DNA of 64,000 nucleotides from Octopus sinensis (lineage: Eukaryota): contig NC_043000.1 of the NCBI RefSeq assembly GCF_006345805.1, forward strand, positions 94,240,001 through 94,304,000, given 5' to 3'. This document shows positions 1-11,520 of this stretch, piece after piece. The position numbers and the translations under genes are program-made. Each line of letters begins with the position of its first letter. Positions within the stretch are counted from its first letter, which is position 1. The notes below the pieces were generated by a model that saw nothing but the letters and a program-made list of their open reading frames with translations, made no database searches and was not told the DNA's origin.

Positions 1-416
1 CAGTTGTTTGACCTTAAACAGTTAAGCATGTCCCTTGGTGGCTGATGATGTGTGCATCTCTAATCACGATCAGAAGTAGTGAGGGAGCATCATAGCCATG
101 TGCTAAGAGGAATTTTGGGGGGTTTGGATAATTCACTCCTGGAAACATGGGTGTTTCGTTCATCATCCTTAACCAAACTTTATTGAGGGACCTTTTGAGC
201 GGGATGGGTTACTCGATCTGAAGAACATTTTAACTGGGTTCCACCTGCAAGGTCATGCGCTGATTTATCGTGATGTGCGATCACCATGTCGCGCACATAT
301 AATTGTGATGCATGTGCCTAGTGTACCGTTATCAGACGGGTAGTCATGATGTTTATACTGGGCTTCGTATTTTCTAGCCCAGTTTCACGTTGGTGGCATG
401 CACTACTCACTCGCTC

Positions 417-420
<4 letters not shown>
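1..420 (+). mobile_element. Unclassified interspersed repeat (family C) ending in a (TAA)n tail; likely 3' part of a LINE or SINE
   Basis: Reverse-complement copies at ~8503-8820 and ~34933-35030 (gagtgagagagcag...catcaaagtgacactggggt...). Each copy abuts a (TAA)n/(TTA)n tract. Confidence 0.75.
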
Positions 421-478
<58 letters not shown>

Positions 479-585
479 TAATAATAATAGCAGCAGCAGC
501 AGCAACATCATCATCATCAGCAGCAGCAGCAGTAGTAGTAGTTGTAGTAGTAGTAGTAGTTGTTGTTGTTGTTGTAGTAGTAGTG

Positions 586-639
<54 letters not shown>

Positions 640-640
640 A
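420..640. repeat. Compound microsatellite (ATA)n/(GCA)n/(GTA)n
   Basis: Seen directly; accounts for the low-complexity ORFs at 346-707. Confidence 0.95.
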
Positions 641-1783
641 CTTTGGAAGTATACTTTTTGCACCATGGGTAATGTCAGGAAATATGGCATTCGTGACAAA
701 ATTATAATCTAATGTTCAGGGCGGTATCTTAGCATGGCCGCATTCTAATGACTGAGACAATTAAAAGACAACTTTTTAAAAATTTATTCTCTATTATATA
801 ACGAGATGAAATGAATACTAATTTTCAAAATTAAAATATTTATTTACTTAAAATAATATTATATGAAATATTTAAGGATTTTTGCATCATTCTTAAAGAA
901 AACACTTTACAGACACCTCAAATTAAATGTGATATTCGTCCAGAGATAATTTCTTCTATGGATTTGCTTTATTAAATAACAGAAAGCTATATTAGTAGCA
1001 TGCAAAAATTGTCCAGTAGCAATAGCGGAGATGCTAGATTCGATTTCCACTATTTTGATCTTCGTCAGCAGCATGTTCCAGCTGGAAACCTAATGTGAAG
1101 AAAGATTCCGTTGTTAAGAAACAACGGAAAACAGTGATTTAATAAATAAATAAAAATCACTGCTGTTGCAATACTGAAGTTAGTTTGTCTTTGCGTTGTG
1201 TATTTGCATTAAGTATGATACACGGGTTGCTATTTTAATCTAGTACTGCTTCTGTTGCATATAATCAATAAATTAAACACATTTTTCCATGCGTATAAAT
1301 CTTCCCATAAATATTCACTTATTTACCCATTTCTATTTCTATGACTTTTCACTCTTTGCGTGTGTACGTGTGTGTATGTATGTGTGTGTGCGTGTGTGCA
1401 TGTATTTGTATGTGTAGCCTTCATTTACTCATTGCCGGCTACCAAGTCTCCTACGTGCACTCATCCTGCACATCTTATATTAAATAATGCTGTATCTTTG
1501 TACAATATGAAACGTTGCTCGAAATTCAACCAACCAGCCAGCCAGCCAACATTTCGGCATTCATTAGATAGGAATTGTGTATCTTTTTCGTATCTGGAGA
1601 GGGTCATTGCACCAATAATAGTAAACACATGGCACTGGTCCGGGTTTTAATTATTATTGGTGTAATGATCCTCTCTAGATACAATAAGATTTCGTTAAAC
1701 ACACAGCTTCACATCAAAAATATTGCAAACCAAATACAGAAACAGATTGGGCATTCGTTATGTATTATATCATTTCTGTAAAA

Positions 1784-2180
1784 GCGGCGAGCAGGCAGAA
1801 ATGTTAGCATGCCGGGCGAAATTCTTAACAGTATTTCGTCTGCCGCTACGTTCCGAGTTCAAATTCCGCCGCGGTCGAGTTTGCCTTTCATCCTTTTTGG
1901 GTCGATAAATTAAGTACCAGTTGCGCACTGGGGGTCGATGTAATCAACTTAATCTGTTTGCCTGTCCTTGTTTGTCCTCTCTGTGTTTAGCCCCTTGTGG
2001 GTAGTAAAGAAATAGGTATTTCGTCTGCCTTTACGTTCTGAGTTCAAATTCCGCTGAGGTCGACTTTGCTTTTTATCCTTTCGGGGTCGATAAATTAAGT
2101 ACCAGTTGCGTACTGGGATCTATCTACTCGACTGCTCCTTCTCAAAATATTTCGGACCTTGTGCCTAGAGGAGAAAAGAT
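1784..2180 (+). mobile_element. tRNA-derived SINE, family A, with internal duplication
   Basis: Head gcggcgagcaggcagaaa-tgttagcatgccgggcgaa, B-box-like gagttcaaattcc, central gcctttcatccttt.ggggtcgataaattaagtaccag. Dozens of copies in the window. Confidence 0.85.
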
Positions 2181-2316
2181 GATATCAATTCTTTGTATTG
2201 TATGTGCTATGTATGTGTTACGTTGTGCGTATGCTTACACACAAATGTATATATATATATATATATATATATCTCACGTGCGCTCTCCCCCCTCTCTCGC
2301 CTTTTCTCTCTCTCTT

Positions 2317-2357
<41 letters not shown>

Positions 2358-2369
2358 ATATATATATAT

Positions 2370-2402
<33 letters not shown>

Positions 2403-2413
2403 ATATATATTTT

Positions 2414-3162
2414 TAATTAATAAATTTTAGGATAGAAAAAAATTCTAGAAAAATTCTCCGCTACCAGTGGTCAAGTGAGAAAGAAAAAATAGTCAATAAA
2501 CTATAATATACATTCAAACATATAAGGGATGGACATAATAGGACATCCGACTCACTAGAAAGAGCAGTTAAACTCCAAACCACTAATAGTTGTAATTCTG
2601 AAATGGAAAGAGAAATAAAAACTGGACTATGCATAGTTTCGGCAATCTTTAGTAACTAAAATAAATTTATTTACAACTGGCGTGCCTATTATGGCCATCC
2701 CTTATATGTTTGAATGTATGTTATATAGTCTATTGACTATTTTTTCTTTCCCACTTGACCGCTGGTAGCGGAAAATTTTTCTAGAAATTTTTGCTACTCT
2801 AAAATTTATTAATTAATGATTTTTTGGCTAATTTTGAAATTAAATCGGCAGTTTATATTTGCTGCTTAGAAAACCACGCGAGTGTGGTGGATTTTGAAAA
2901 GTTATAGCATATAGACTTGAGGCATGGTTATTATCGCTTCGTGGCTATATGGTATTCCTTGGCTTTCTGCTGAAGAGGCACGCCAGTTGTAAATAAATTT
3001 ATTTTATTTACTAAAGATTGCCGAAACTATGCATAGTCCAAAAAGGATAGGGTAAGCGTTTTTATTTCTCTTTCCATTTCAGAATTACAACTATTAGTGG
3101 TTTGGAGTTTAACTGCTCTTTCTAGTGAGTCGGATGTCCTATTATGGCCATCCCTTATATGT

Positions 3163-3168
<6 letters not shown>
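2414..3168 (+). mobile_element. Hammerhead-bearing PLE-terminal/retrozyme-like unit (453-bp period) with a 5' inverted partial copy
   Basis: 2414-2542 is the reverse complement of 2685-2815, and 2512-2687 is the reverse complement of 2976-3168. cctattatggcc recurs at 2685 and 3138. Flanked by (TA)n tracts. Confidence 0.75.
2963..3045 (+). ncRNA. Type I hammerhead ribozyme, canonical core
   Basis: Stem I cuuucug/caaaaag; CUGAAGA at 2970-2976; stem II GGCA/UGCC; GAAA at 3023-3026; palindromic stem III ACUAUGCAUAGU; GUC triplet at 3036-3038. Confidence 0.85.
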
Positions 3169-3222
<54 letters not shown>

Positions 3223-3329
3223 CAGACAGGGACATAGATAAATAGATAAACAGTCATGTACATGCATGCAAATATATAAATATATACATGATTACTTCAT
3301 CTTGACAGATGATAACTGTCCCCTAATAC

Positions 3330-3366
<37 letters not shown>

Positions 3367-3420
3367 AAAAATGAAGTTCGAAATGCTGCTGTATTATACA
3401 ATTTTTAATTTTTATATACA

Positions 3421-3462
3421 TTATAACATGTTTCAGTTCCTGAAATGAACCTTATCAAAAAA
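3421..3462 (-). ncRNA. Minimal type I hammerhead with U3-A8 variant core
   Basis: Minus strand reads UUUU-UUGAUAA-GGUUC(auuucag)GAACU-GAAA-CAUG-UU-AUAA. Stem II 5 bp; stem III palindrome ACAUGU; GUU triplet; stem I weak (3 of 4 pairs). Confidence 0.7.
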
Positions 3463-3833
3463 ATTATATATAAAAAAGACAGCTCATGCCGTCAAACACA
3501 AGAAATTCATTTATAATACACAACGGAGTCAGACATCTTAGAGTTCATGTATAGTTGATATATTTCATGTATAGTTGATATATAGTTTGAAGTATATGTT
3601 CAAAGTGTTCGATGCAGTGGCCCACGGTGGCGATACGTATTCAATACAAAAAACAGATCAAAGTGGTGGAAAGCGGTCAATACAGAAGATTGATGTTTCC
3701 GAAAGAGCCAGGAATTCATTTTTACTTAAGCAATTGTGATGACCCATGGTGGAAGTTCGCTGGGTGGTTCTAGTGAGTTTTTGTGAAATGCTCGGTTTTA
3801 TAATGCCTGTTAGGTGCTCAATCTAGCGTAGCG

Positions 3834-4167
3834 TGACGTCATCAATGTTTTGACCAATCGTTTCGTTAGGTGGCTTTAATCAAGTAGAACGGGACGTCAT
3901 CATTATTTTGACCAATCGCTGCATTATAACTCCCTCTTGTTTGTTTCCTGTTTTGACCAGTCGCTTCGTTAGTCAAGCAGAGCGGGACGTCATCCAGATT
4001 CTGCCCAATCACGACTTATAGCTACATTAGATCTGCCCCCTGTCTGTACTTGTTAGGTGACTATTCAAGCAGAAAAGGACGTCATCAATATTCTGACTAA
4101 TGACTGTCCCCTGTTTGTATCCTGTCCATTCTAGCAGAGCTAGACGTCATCAACTTGTTGACCAATC
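3834..4167. promoter_or_regulatory. Five CRE-like/CCAAT composite modules (GACGTCATC-N8-GACCAATC)
   Basis: GACGTCATC at 3835, 3893, 3986, 4078 and 4143, each followed after exactly 8 nt by G(A/C)C(C/T)AAT. Perfect TGACGTCA at 3834-3841. Confidence 0.6.
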
Positions 4168-4477
4168 AGAATCGGGTCTGACCCATAGCTGTATCGTGTG
4201 TATCAGGGTCAGATTTGCACGAAAGAATTTTTTTCCTTTTTTACTAAGGCATATTTCCGTCAGAGTGAGTGTCTGTTTGAAGAAGCAGCCGTGGTGGAAT
4301 TTTGCTTCTCCTTTTCGGAGGACTTATCTTTTGTTTTAGTATTCCTGGCCCAGGGTGTTTAAACTTGGTCTAAATTTTTTATGAAATATAGTTCTTTATT
4401 TTGGCGTTGTGTGAAGGTTGCGTTGTCACTGAATTTATAGAGCGGGTTAGTTGTAAATTTAGTTGTATTATATATAT

Positions 4478-4830
4478 ATATATAATACAAAATGGGACAA
4501 GAACGCAAAACATCCAGACAACTAGGTGATACAAAAAGGAACAACAAAACATACAGATAGACGATACAAAAAAACACATGGACGGGTCATTGAAGCCTTT
4601 TATCTTCAGTCAAGGACCGGATCATCCTCACAATTTCCGCTGATTAATCTTGAGATTGCTCCAATCTGGCCAACCCCAAGGAAAGTTAAGAGCATTAGAT
4701 TCCTTGGAAAAAAACATCGAATGTATACGAAATAAGGACGGAAAAACAAATGATGTTACACGAATATAAATACAAAAACACAATAAAACACAATAATAAT
4801 AACAGGACATAACAACAGGCGTCTTTTGAC
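4478..4830 (-). mobile_element. (TA)n-anchored interspersed repeat (family D), probably PLE-terminal
   Basis: caaaatgggacaagaacgcaaaac... recurs at 6100-6262 in the same orientation and inverted at ~39630-39780, always next to (TA)n. Confidence 0.7.
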
Positions 4831-5213
4831 TGGGGACGAATTGACTTTAATTGGCGTGTGTGGAAATGAAGCCTTACGGCAGAGGGAAGAATTTCGATGT
4901 GGCAGTGATCGTGGTCAGACGCAAAAAGGGCTAGCAGTCGGCCAACGGTCACGTGAGAAGAGAAGAGAGAGAAAAAGTGAAACAAAGAAATTGAGGAGAA
5001 GAGAGAGAGAAAGAGCAAGAGAATGTGTGTAAAAGTAGATAGACGGAAGAATCAAGGAGTGGCGAGAAAAAGAGAGAGACGGGGACACAGTGAAGTGCAA
5101 AGTAAGAAGGGCAAAGGAATGTGAGAGAGAGCGGGAGAAACAGTTGAAATAGTCATACAAAATTTTGTGAAATGTGTACTTACATATAAGAGAACAAAGT
5201 GTACGTACGCCGC

Positions 5214-5255
<42 letters not shown>

Positions 5256-5619
5256 TCCCATTCCCTTTTTCGTCTTTTTTTCCCTCACTTAACTTGTCTC
5301 TTCCTCTCTCTCTCATTCTTCATTCTCTCTCTCCCTTTCACCATTCTTCATGGTCTCCTCGCACCATTCCCCTTCTTCTCTCTCTTCCTCTTGCTCCTCC
5401 TCCCCCATTCCCGTCGTCCATCTGCGACGATACTTCCGTCGTAACTGCTATCCTGTCTTTTCTCGCCCGCCTTGTAAGGCCACTGGTCGACACATTTTCT
5501 CTCTCTCGTCGTCCACGATAATCCAGCGTTTGCAATACTTTTTCGGTCTGGCGTTAACAGCCCTTCTTATCTTGTTCTCCTTGTCCTGTCTCTCACTGTT
5601 ATATATTTATTTTTCCACT

Positions 5620-6600
5620 GTTTATATATATATTTTTTACTGTTTATATGTTTGTACTGTCGTTACCGTCTTGCTTTTTTTTACCCCTCTGCGAAAAGAT
5701 CTCAGAATTTTAATTGATTTGCTTTTCGTGGGAAGGAAGTTTTCTTCGAAGTATACGTCTCGCTTTTATCCTTCGAAACGTTTAGTAGATGAAACCTTAG
5801 CGACTGAAGAAGGGGATTTTTCGTTGTGCTTATTGTCCTGTATCTCTCTCTTTTTTTTGCTTGTCTTGTTCCTTGGTTCGTGTCTATGTGTTTCGTCTCT
5901 CTATGTGTTCGACGTCTTTTTGGTGTCCTGTACACATATATGCGTGTATACGTACATGTAGAGGTAGGTACGTACATATATGTTTATATATATGCATATG
6001 TTCTATTTTATTAACATATATATATATATAATATTATATATAATATATATATATATATATAATATATATATATATATATAATATATATAAAATAAAATAC
6101 AAAATGGGACAAGAACGCAAAACCACCGGTCAACTAGGTGATACAAAAAGGAACAACAAAACATACAGATAGACGATACAAAACAGACATACGGACGGGA
6201 CATTCGAAGCCTTTTATCTTCAATCAAGAACCGGATCATCCTCGCAATTTCGGCTCATTGATATATATATAATATAAATAATATATAAATATATGCATAT
6301 ATACATACATATATGTACATACCTACATATATATGTATTTATACATGCACATATGGGTACAGGATATAAAAAAAAACGTTGAACACTATGAGAAACAAAA
6401 ACATAAAAACAAAAACATAGAAACGAACTTTTTTTAAACAACGATAAAAAATAACAAAGAAACGAGACATACAACACAAGGAATATTGCCCTTCTTCAGT
6501 TGTCCCCGTTTCATCTTGCGGAGGGTGAGAGTGGTAACAAGAACAGGACAGTAAGAACAAAACAATAAAAACAATAAAAAAGTAAGATATAGAACAAGTT
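5620..6600. repeat. Two inverted, diverged copies of repeat family E (5620-6000 plus; 6290-6600 minus) flanking a family D copy
   Basis: Shared blocks gatgaaac...ctgaagaaggg, gttcgt.tctatgt and tcctgtac.catat.tgc.tgtata...gtaggta.gtacatatatg in opposite orientations. Confidence 0.7.
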
Positions 6601-6662
6601 TTTGCCGACAGGTTGCTAGATTTGTTAGAGGGACAGTTGAAGGGCTATACTACGGCATCTGT

Positions 6663-6890
6663 GCGGTGGTGTGGCAGAATCGTTAGCACGCCGGGCGAAA
6701 TGCTTAGCGGTATTTCGTCCGCCGCTGCGTTCTGAGTTCAAATTCCGCCGGATCGACTTTGTCTTTCATCCTTTCGGGGTCGATAAATTAAGTACCAGTC
6801 ACACACTGGGGTCGATATAATCGACTTAATCCGTTTGTCTGGCCTTGTTTGTCCCCTCTATGTTTAGCCCCTTGAGGGCAATAAAGAAAT
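6663..6890 (+). mobile_element. SINE family A
   Basis: tggcagaatcgttagcacgccgggcgaaatgc...ctgagttcaaattccgcc...ggggtcgataaattaagtaccag. Confidence 0.85.
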
Positions 6891-8107
6891 TTATAAAATG
6901 ATGAAGATGATGATGTGGAGGAGGAGGACGAGTTGGTGGAGGAGGTGGAGGAAGAGAAGGAAGAGAAGGAGGAAGGGGAGGGAGAGGAGAAGGAAATGGG
7001 GGATGTGAAGGAAGAGTAGGAGGAGGGTTAGGGTAAGGATTCGGGTGAGGGTAATGATTCGATTGAGGATGGTGATGATAATGAGGATGATTGTGTTGAT
7101 GATGATGATGATGATGATGAAGGCGACGACAACAATAGTGATTATGATGCCGATGCTGATGTTACCAACGACGAATGTACGCAACGACGACGACGGCAAG
7201 CGCTGACGACGATGACAATAATGATGATGATGATAATCATCATCATCTTCGTGATTTCTCCATGTCAACCCTTAATCAAGACATTCAATTGTTCACTTTT
7301 TATTTTTTGGAATAACAGATACCGCACTATTCGTACCTTTTCTTTTTAAACCGACTGTGTAGGACCTAAGGGGTATTTGCTTTCTCTTTCTTGCAGATTA
7401 AGCACATCCCTACGCAAATCGAGCACCATTGTCGTCTCATGTATACAGGAGGTTAATTAAGTTTATTATTTTTCGTTTATTTTTAATTTTTTTTTTTATC
7501 AGCCAACATGTAACAGAATACGGGTGTGTTAAAATAGATATGCATATAATTTCTTTCCTTCGCTGTTATCGTCGTTGATATTATTAATATTATCATTATT
7601 ATTATCATTAGGGTGGATGGTGAACGTAAAGAACCAGCAGAACAATGGATAAAAATGCCTTAAGGTATTTAATTACCTCCCTTTACGAGGAAGCATAAAT
7701 CCCTCTTGGGTCACCTTGATATTTGATCTTTCCGATATACGTAAACGTACCAGTCGAGTTGTGTGGCTTGATCTAATAATCTACTATGTCACTACCACCT
7801 CGGTCTATGTTTGGAATCATTGGTATTAATAACAGGGCGGCGGTTTGGCGGAAATGGTAGAACTTTGTACACGGTGCCTTGTGGTATTAATTTACTTCAG
7901 TTTATTTCCTTTCTGTTTATTTTTATTTTTGTTATTTGTTTTGTCATCCGGCCCTTCACACTTTCGTGAGCGGTAAAATAACTATCGGTCGAGGCCTGCG
8001 AGCGAATTAATTCACTTCTTTCCGTATCAATATCACAAAATCATCACAAGCAGAACAAATATAAACTTCTAATTATTATTATTATTGTTGTTGTTGTTAC
8101 TATTATT

Positions 8108-8159
<52 letters not shown>

Positions 8160-8161
8160 TA

Positions 8162-8193
<32 letters not shown>

Positions 8194-8403
8194 TTTTAAA
8201 AGGATTGACGTAACTCTTCACAAAGGTAAACAGCCAAGTTTGTCACGTTCAAAATAAGAAGTGATAAAAATTCAAAATTATAGAAATGTTTTTTTTTTAT
8301 TTTTATCACTTCTTATTTTGAACTTGACAAAGACAGACTTACTGTTGAAATATCGTTCAACCAATAGAATATCTTACAATCGAATCGTCTTCTTCGCCTT
8401 GAC

Positions 8404-8478
<75 letters not shown>

Positions 8479-9432
8479 TACTATTATTATCATTATTATT
8501 ATTGAGTGAGAGAGCAGCACATGTCATCAAAGTGACAATGGGGTGTACAAATATACGAAGCCCAATATACACACCATGATTACCTGTCTGATAAGAGTAC
8601 ACCAGGCACATGCATCACAACCATATGTGTGTGACATGGTGATCGTATATCAAGATAAACAGCGTTTGATCTTGCCGGTGGGGCCCAGTTAGAACTTTCT
8701 TCAGGCTAAGTAGCCCATCCTACTCAAAAGGTCCATGAATAAGAATTATTTAATGATTTTGATCCCATTTTTCCAGATGTAAATTATTCAAACCCCACAA
8801 AATTTCTCTCAACACATGAATATTCCATCAAGGTTGACTTTGCACTTCGATCATTTGGAGGGCGATAAAATAAGTACCTGTTGAGTACTGGGGTCGATAT
8901 AATCGACTTGCTCATTTCCGCCAAAATCCCAGGCCTTGTGGATATTGCATAAGGGATCATCGTCGTCGTCGTCGTCGTCATCATCATCATCACCATCAGC
9001 AGCAGCAGCAGCAGCATCTTCATCATCAGTGTTCTTTTTCAATCGGGTATTTTTGGAGTTTTGCATGTGTAGCGGGCTTGCTGTCTGTAGGCTACGGTAC
9101 GGTGCTAACTATCTAATATTTTCCTGATTATTCTGGCCGAAACAAAAACACAAAATTTTGTAACAGTTCTACTGGACTCTCTGTTCCGATTTCTTTTATA
9201 TTCCTCTTGATGCCTTATGATGCTGTCCCCAAGAACCCAAGTACGCCGGGCGAAATGCTTAGCGCTATTTCGTCTGTTGCTATGTTTTGAGTTGAAATTC
9301 TGCCGTTCTGAGTTCAAATTCATCCATACGGGGTCGATAAATTAAGTACCACTCGAGTACTGGGGTCGATGTTATCGACTACACCCTGCCCCAAATTTCA
9401 GGCCTTATACCTATAGTAGAAAGGATTATTAT

Positions 9433-10330
9433 TAATCCTTCGTAACACAGTGTAGTTAAAGATGCGCTGGGATCTTTAGCCAACTGTCAAATCACAAGGA
9501 ACTCAGACAGGTAATACTTTCTTTAAGATGTGCGTTGTGCTCAATAGGGCTGCTTTTTGCAAGACATCAATCTTGCGTGGGATTTCCAGTTGCCTTAAGA
9601 AGTCACCATTGATATCACTTTTACATTACCCTCTCTCTTTCCATACAGTCTTGCCATTTCCACTTTCAATTCGGAGTACTTGGTGATATTTTCAACCTCT
9701 TTACTCACAACATTCATGTCATGTGGTATGGCTACATCAACAGTCTGACAGTATTTGACTCTCTTATTCAATATGACAATATTCGGCCGACGGTGTTCGA
9801 TTACACGATCCGTCTGAAAACCATAGTCCCAGAGTATCGTTACTTTTCCATCCTCCTGCATAACTTTACTTGGTACATGCTCATACCAGTTCACTTTAAT
9901 TCATATTGGCTTTTACGGCATAAGAGCCAATGAATATACACACACACTTTATCGTGGTGACTCTTGTATTCTTTTTGTTCAAGGCTCTCACATCCACTTA
10001 CCAAGTGGGTCACATTTTCCACACTCTTTGCAGTCTGCATTTCTGGGTATCAGAAGTTTTATAGATGCTATACTTCACTTACATGGTCCTTGGTGTTCCC
10101 ACTGACAACCAATCCGGTTTGTATTTTGCTTTGTTATCATTGAGGCATGACAGCTTCGACGTTGACATTAGGGGACGGATCTGTCCGTTTATGGTTAAGT
10201 TTTTGAGACAAAACGACCTCGGATTTCTCTGAATGAAAACATTAGTCGTAACATAGCTTCTTAAGGCTAACCTATCTGTATTCGCCTGTATTTTTTTGTT
10301 GATAGATTTTCTCCGAGCATAATTTCTGTG
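9433..10330 (-). mobile_element. R4/Dong-type non-LTR retrotransposon 3' fragment (CCHC and restriction-like endonuclease), decayed
   Basis: ORF 9595-9894 (WYEHVP..ILWDYGFQTDRVIEHRRPNIV..DVAIP..KYSEL) matches the RLE motif of the better-preserved copies at 30.5 and 60.7 kb. Confidence 0.8.
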
Positions 10331-10863
10331 GTACTTTTAAATTTATGAATTGTTTACTCTCTCTGTGTTAGTAGAAAAAATATTTTAAAAATTGTTTTGT
10401 CATTTTTTTGCTTCCTTTGGGACACGTGCTTTCATATGCGTGTATGTATGTCTTGTAAATTTCACGTAGTTATGTTAACATTGGGATGTATACGTAATCT
10501 TATCGGTATTAAAATGTATATATGATTGTGTAGACATTTGTGTGTATGCGTAGTTAATCAATTTATGTACTTACTATTTTGTTCCACTTATATTTTATGT
10601 GTAAACTTTCCAATTCTGATTTTGCTTGTGTCTTTCGCACGTGTTTCACTGAGATATCGTGCATGGGAGAAACTGTGCTTTGTATAGCAGTAAAATTTTG
10701 TTTTTGTGATTATTTTCGTTAAAAGGCCGTTTCCTTCAAGTCTTCAACAGGTTCTTTTACCCCATACAACTGATGTTTAGATTTGTTTTTGATTAGATTT
10801 GCTTTTGAATGGAGAGCCCGGTGTAGCCTATTATCATTATTATCATTATTATTATTATTATTA

Positions 10864-10931
<68 letters not shown>

Positions 10932-11119
10932 AGCCAGCATTTTTGAGCGAGGGACTAAGTTGATTACATATTTTATCGACTCCGAAATGTTGAAAGACAA
11001 AGTCAACCTCAGCGAAATTTGAAATTAGACTGTAAAGACGGATGGAATGCCGCTAAGTATTTTCCCAGCGCGTTAACGATTCTGCCAACTCGTTGCCCTA
11101 TTGTGTCATTATACTGAGT

Positions 11120-11520
11120 GTTAATAAAGCTGCGAGCTGTCAGAATCGTTATCACGCCAGGCAAAATGCTTAGCGTTATTTCGCCCGCCGCTACGTTCTG
11201 AGTTCAAATTCCGCCGAGGTCGACTTTGCCTTTCACCCTTTCGGGATCGATTAAATAGGTACCAGTTACGCACTGTCATCGATATAATCGACTTAATCCG
11301 TTTGTCTGTCCTTGATTGTCCTCTCTGTATTTAGCCCCTTGTGGGTAGTAAAGAAATAGGTATTTCATCCATCTTTTCTGAATTCTGAGTTCAAATTCTG
11401 TCGAGGTCGACTTTGCTTTTCATCCTTTCGGGGTCGATTCTATAAAATAAGTACCAGTTGAGTATTGGATCGATGTATTTAACTGCAAATCTTGTTCCTA
11501 TAGTAGAAAGGATCATGTTG
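11120..11520 (+). mobile_element. SINE family A with internal duplication
   Basis: Same head, B-box and central domain as 33721-33938. Confidence 0.8.

Larger units (their letters stand above)
3421..4470 (-). mobile_element. Penelope-like element 3' fragment: GIY-YIG C-terminus, pseudo-LTR/3' UTR and hammerhead
   Basis: Minus frame at ~4350-4420 reads QRQNKELYFI; restoring one A in an A-run gives KKFRPSLN, typical of the end of PLE GIY-YIG domains. It is followed by repeated promoter-like modules, a hammerhead and then (TA)n. Confidence 0.65.

Noticed and set aside
42-158. CUGAUGA plus a GAAAC-hairpin-GUU in repeat family C
   Set aside because: No credible stem I or stem II pairing.
1026-1083. 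Possible minus-strand terminal exon (FQLEHAADEDQNSGNRI*)
   Set aside because: Short, no recognisable homology, no linked upstream exon, and other frames are equally open.
3658-3747. Perfect Kozak ccaccATGG opening MGHHNCLSK... on the minus strand
   Set aside because: Only 29 codons, inside the PLE terminal region, with no supported downstream exon.
3834-4167. Repeat-spacer pattern as a CRISPR-like array
   Set aside because: Eukaryotic context, degenerate units, irregular spacing and no cas genes. The same applies to the 50-kb triplication.
4830-5560. Apparent CpG-rich bidirectional promoter with divergent CT-rich tracts, a GTCACGTGA box and gtaagg donors
   Set aside because: Both arms run into repeat families D and E, which have other copies in the window, so back-to-back retroelement termini explain it more simply. 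Not excluded without CAGE data.
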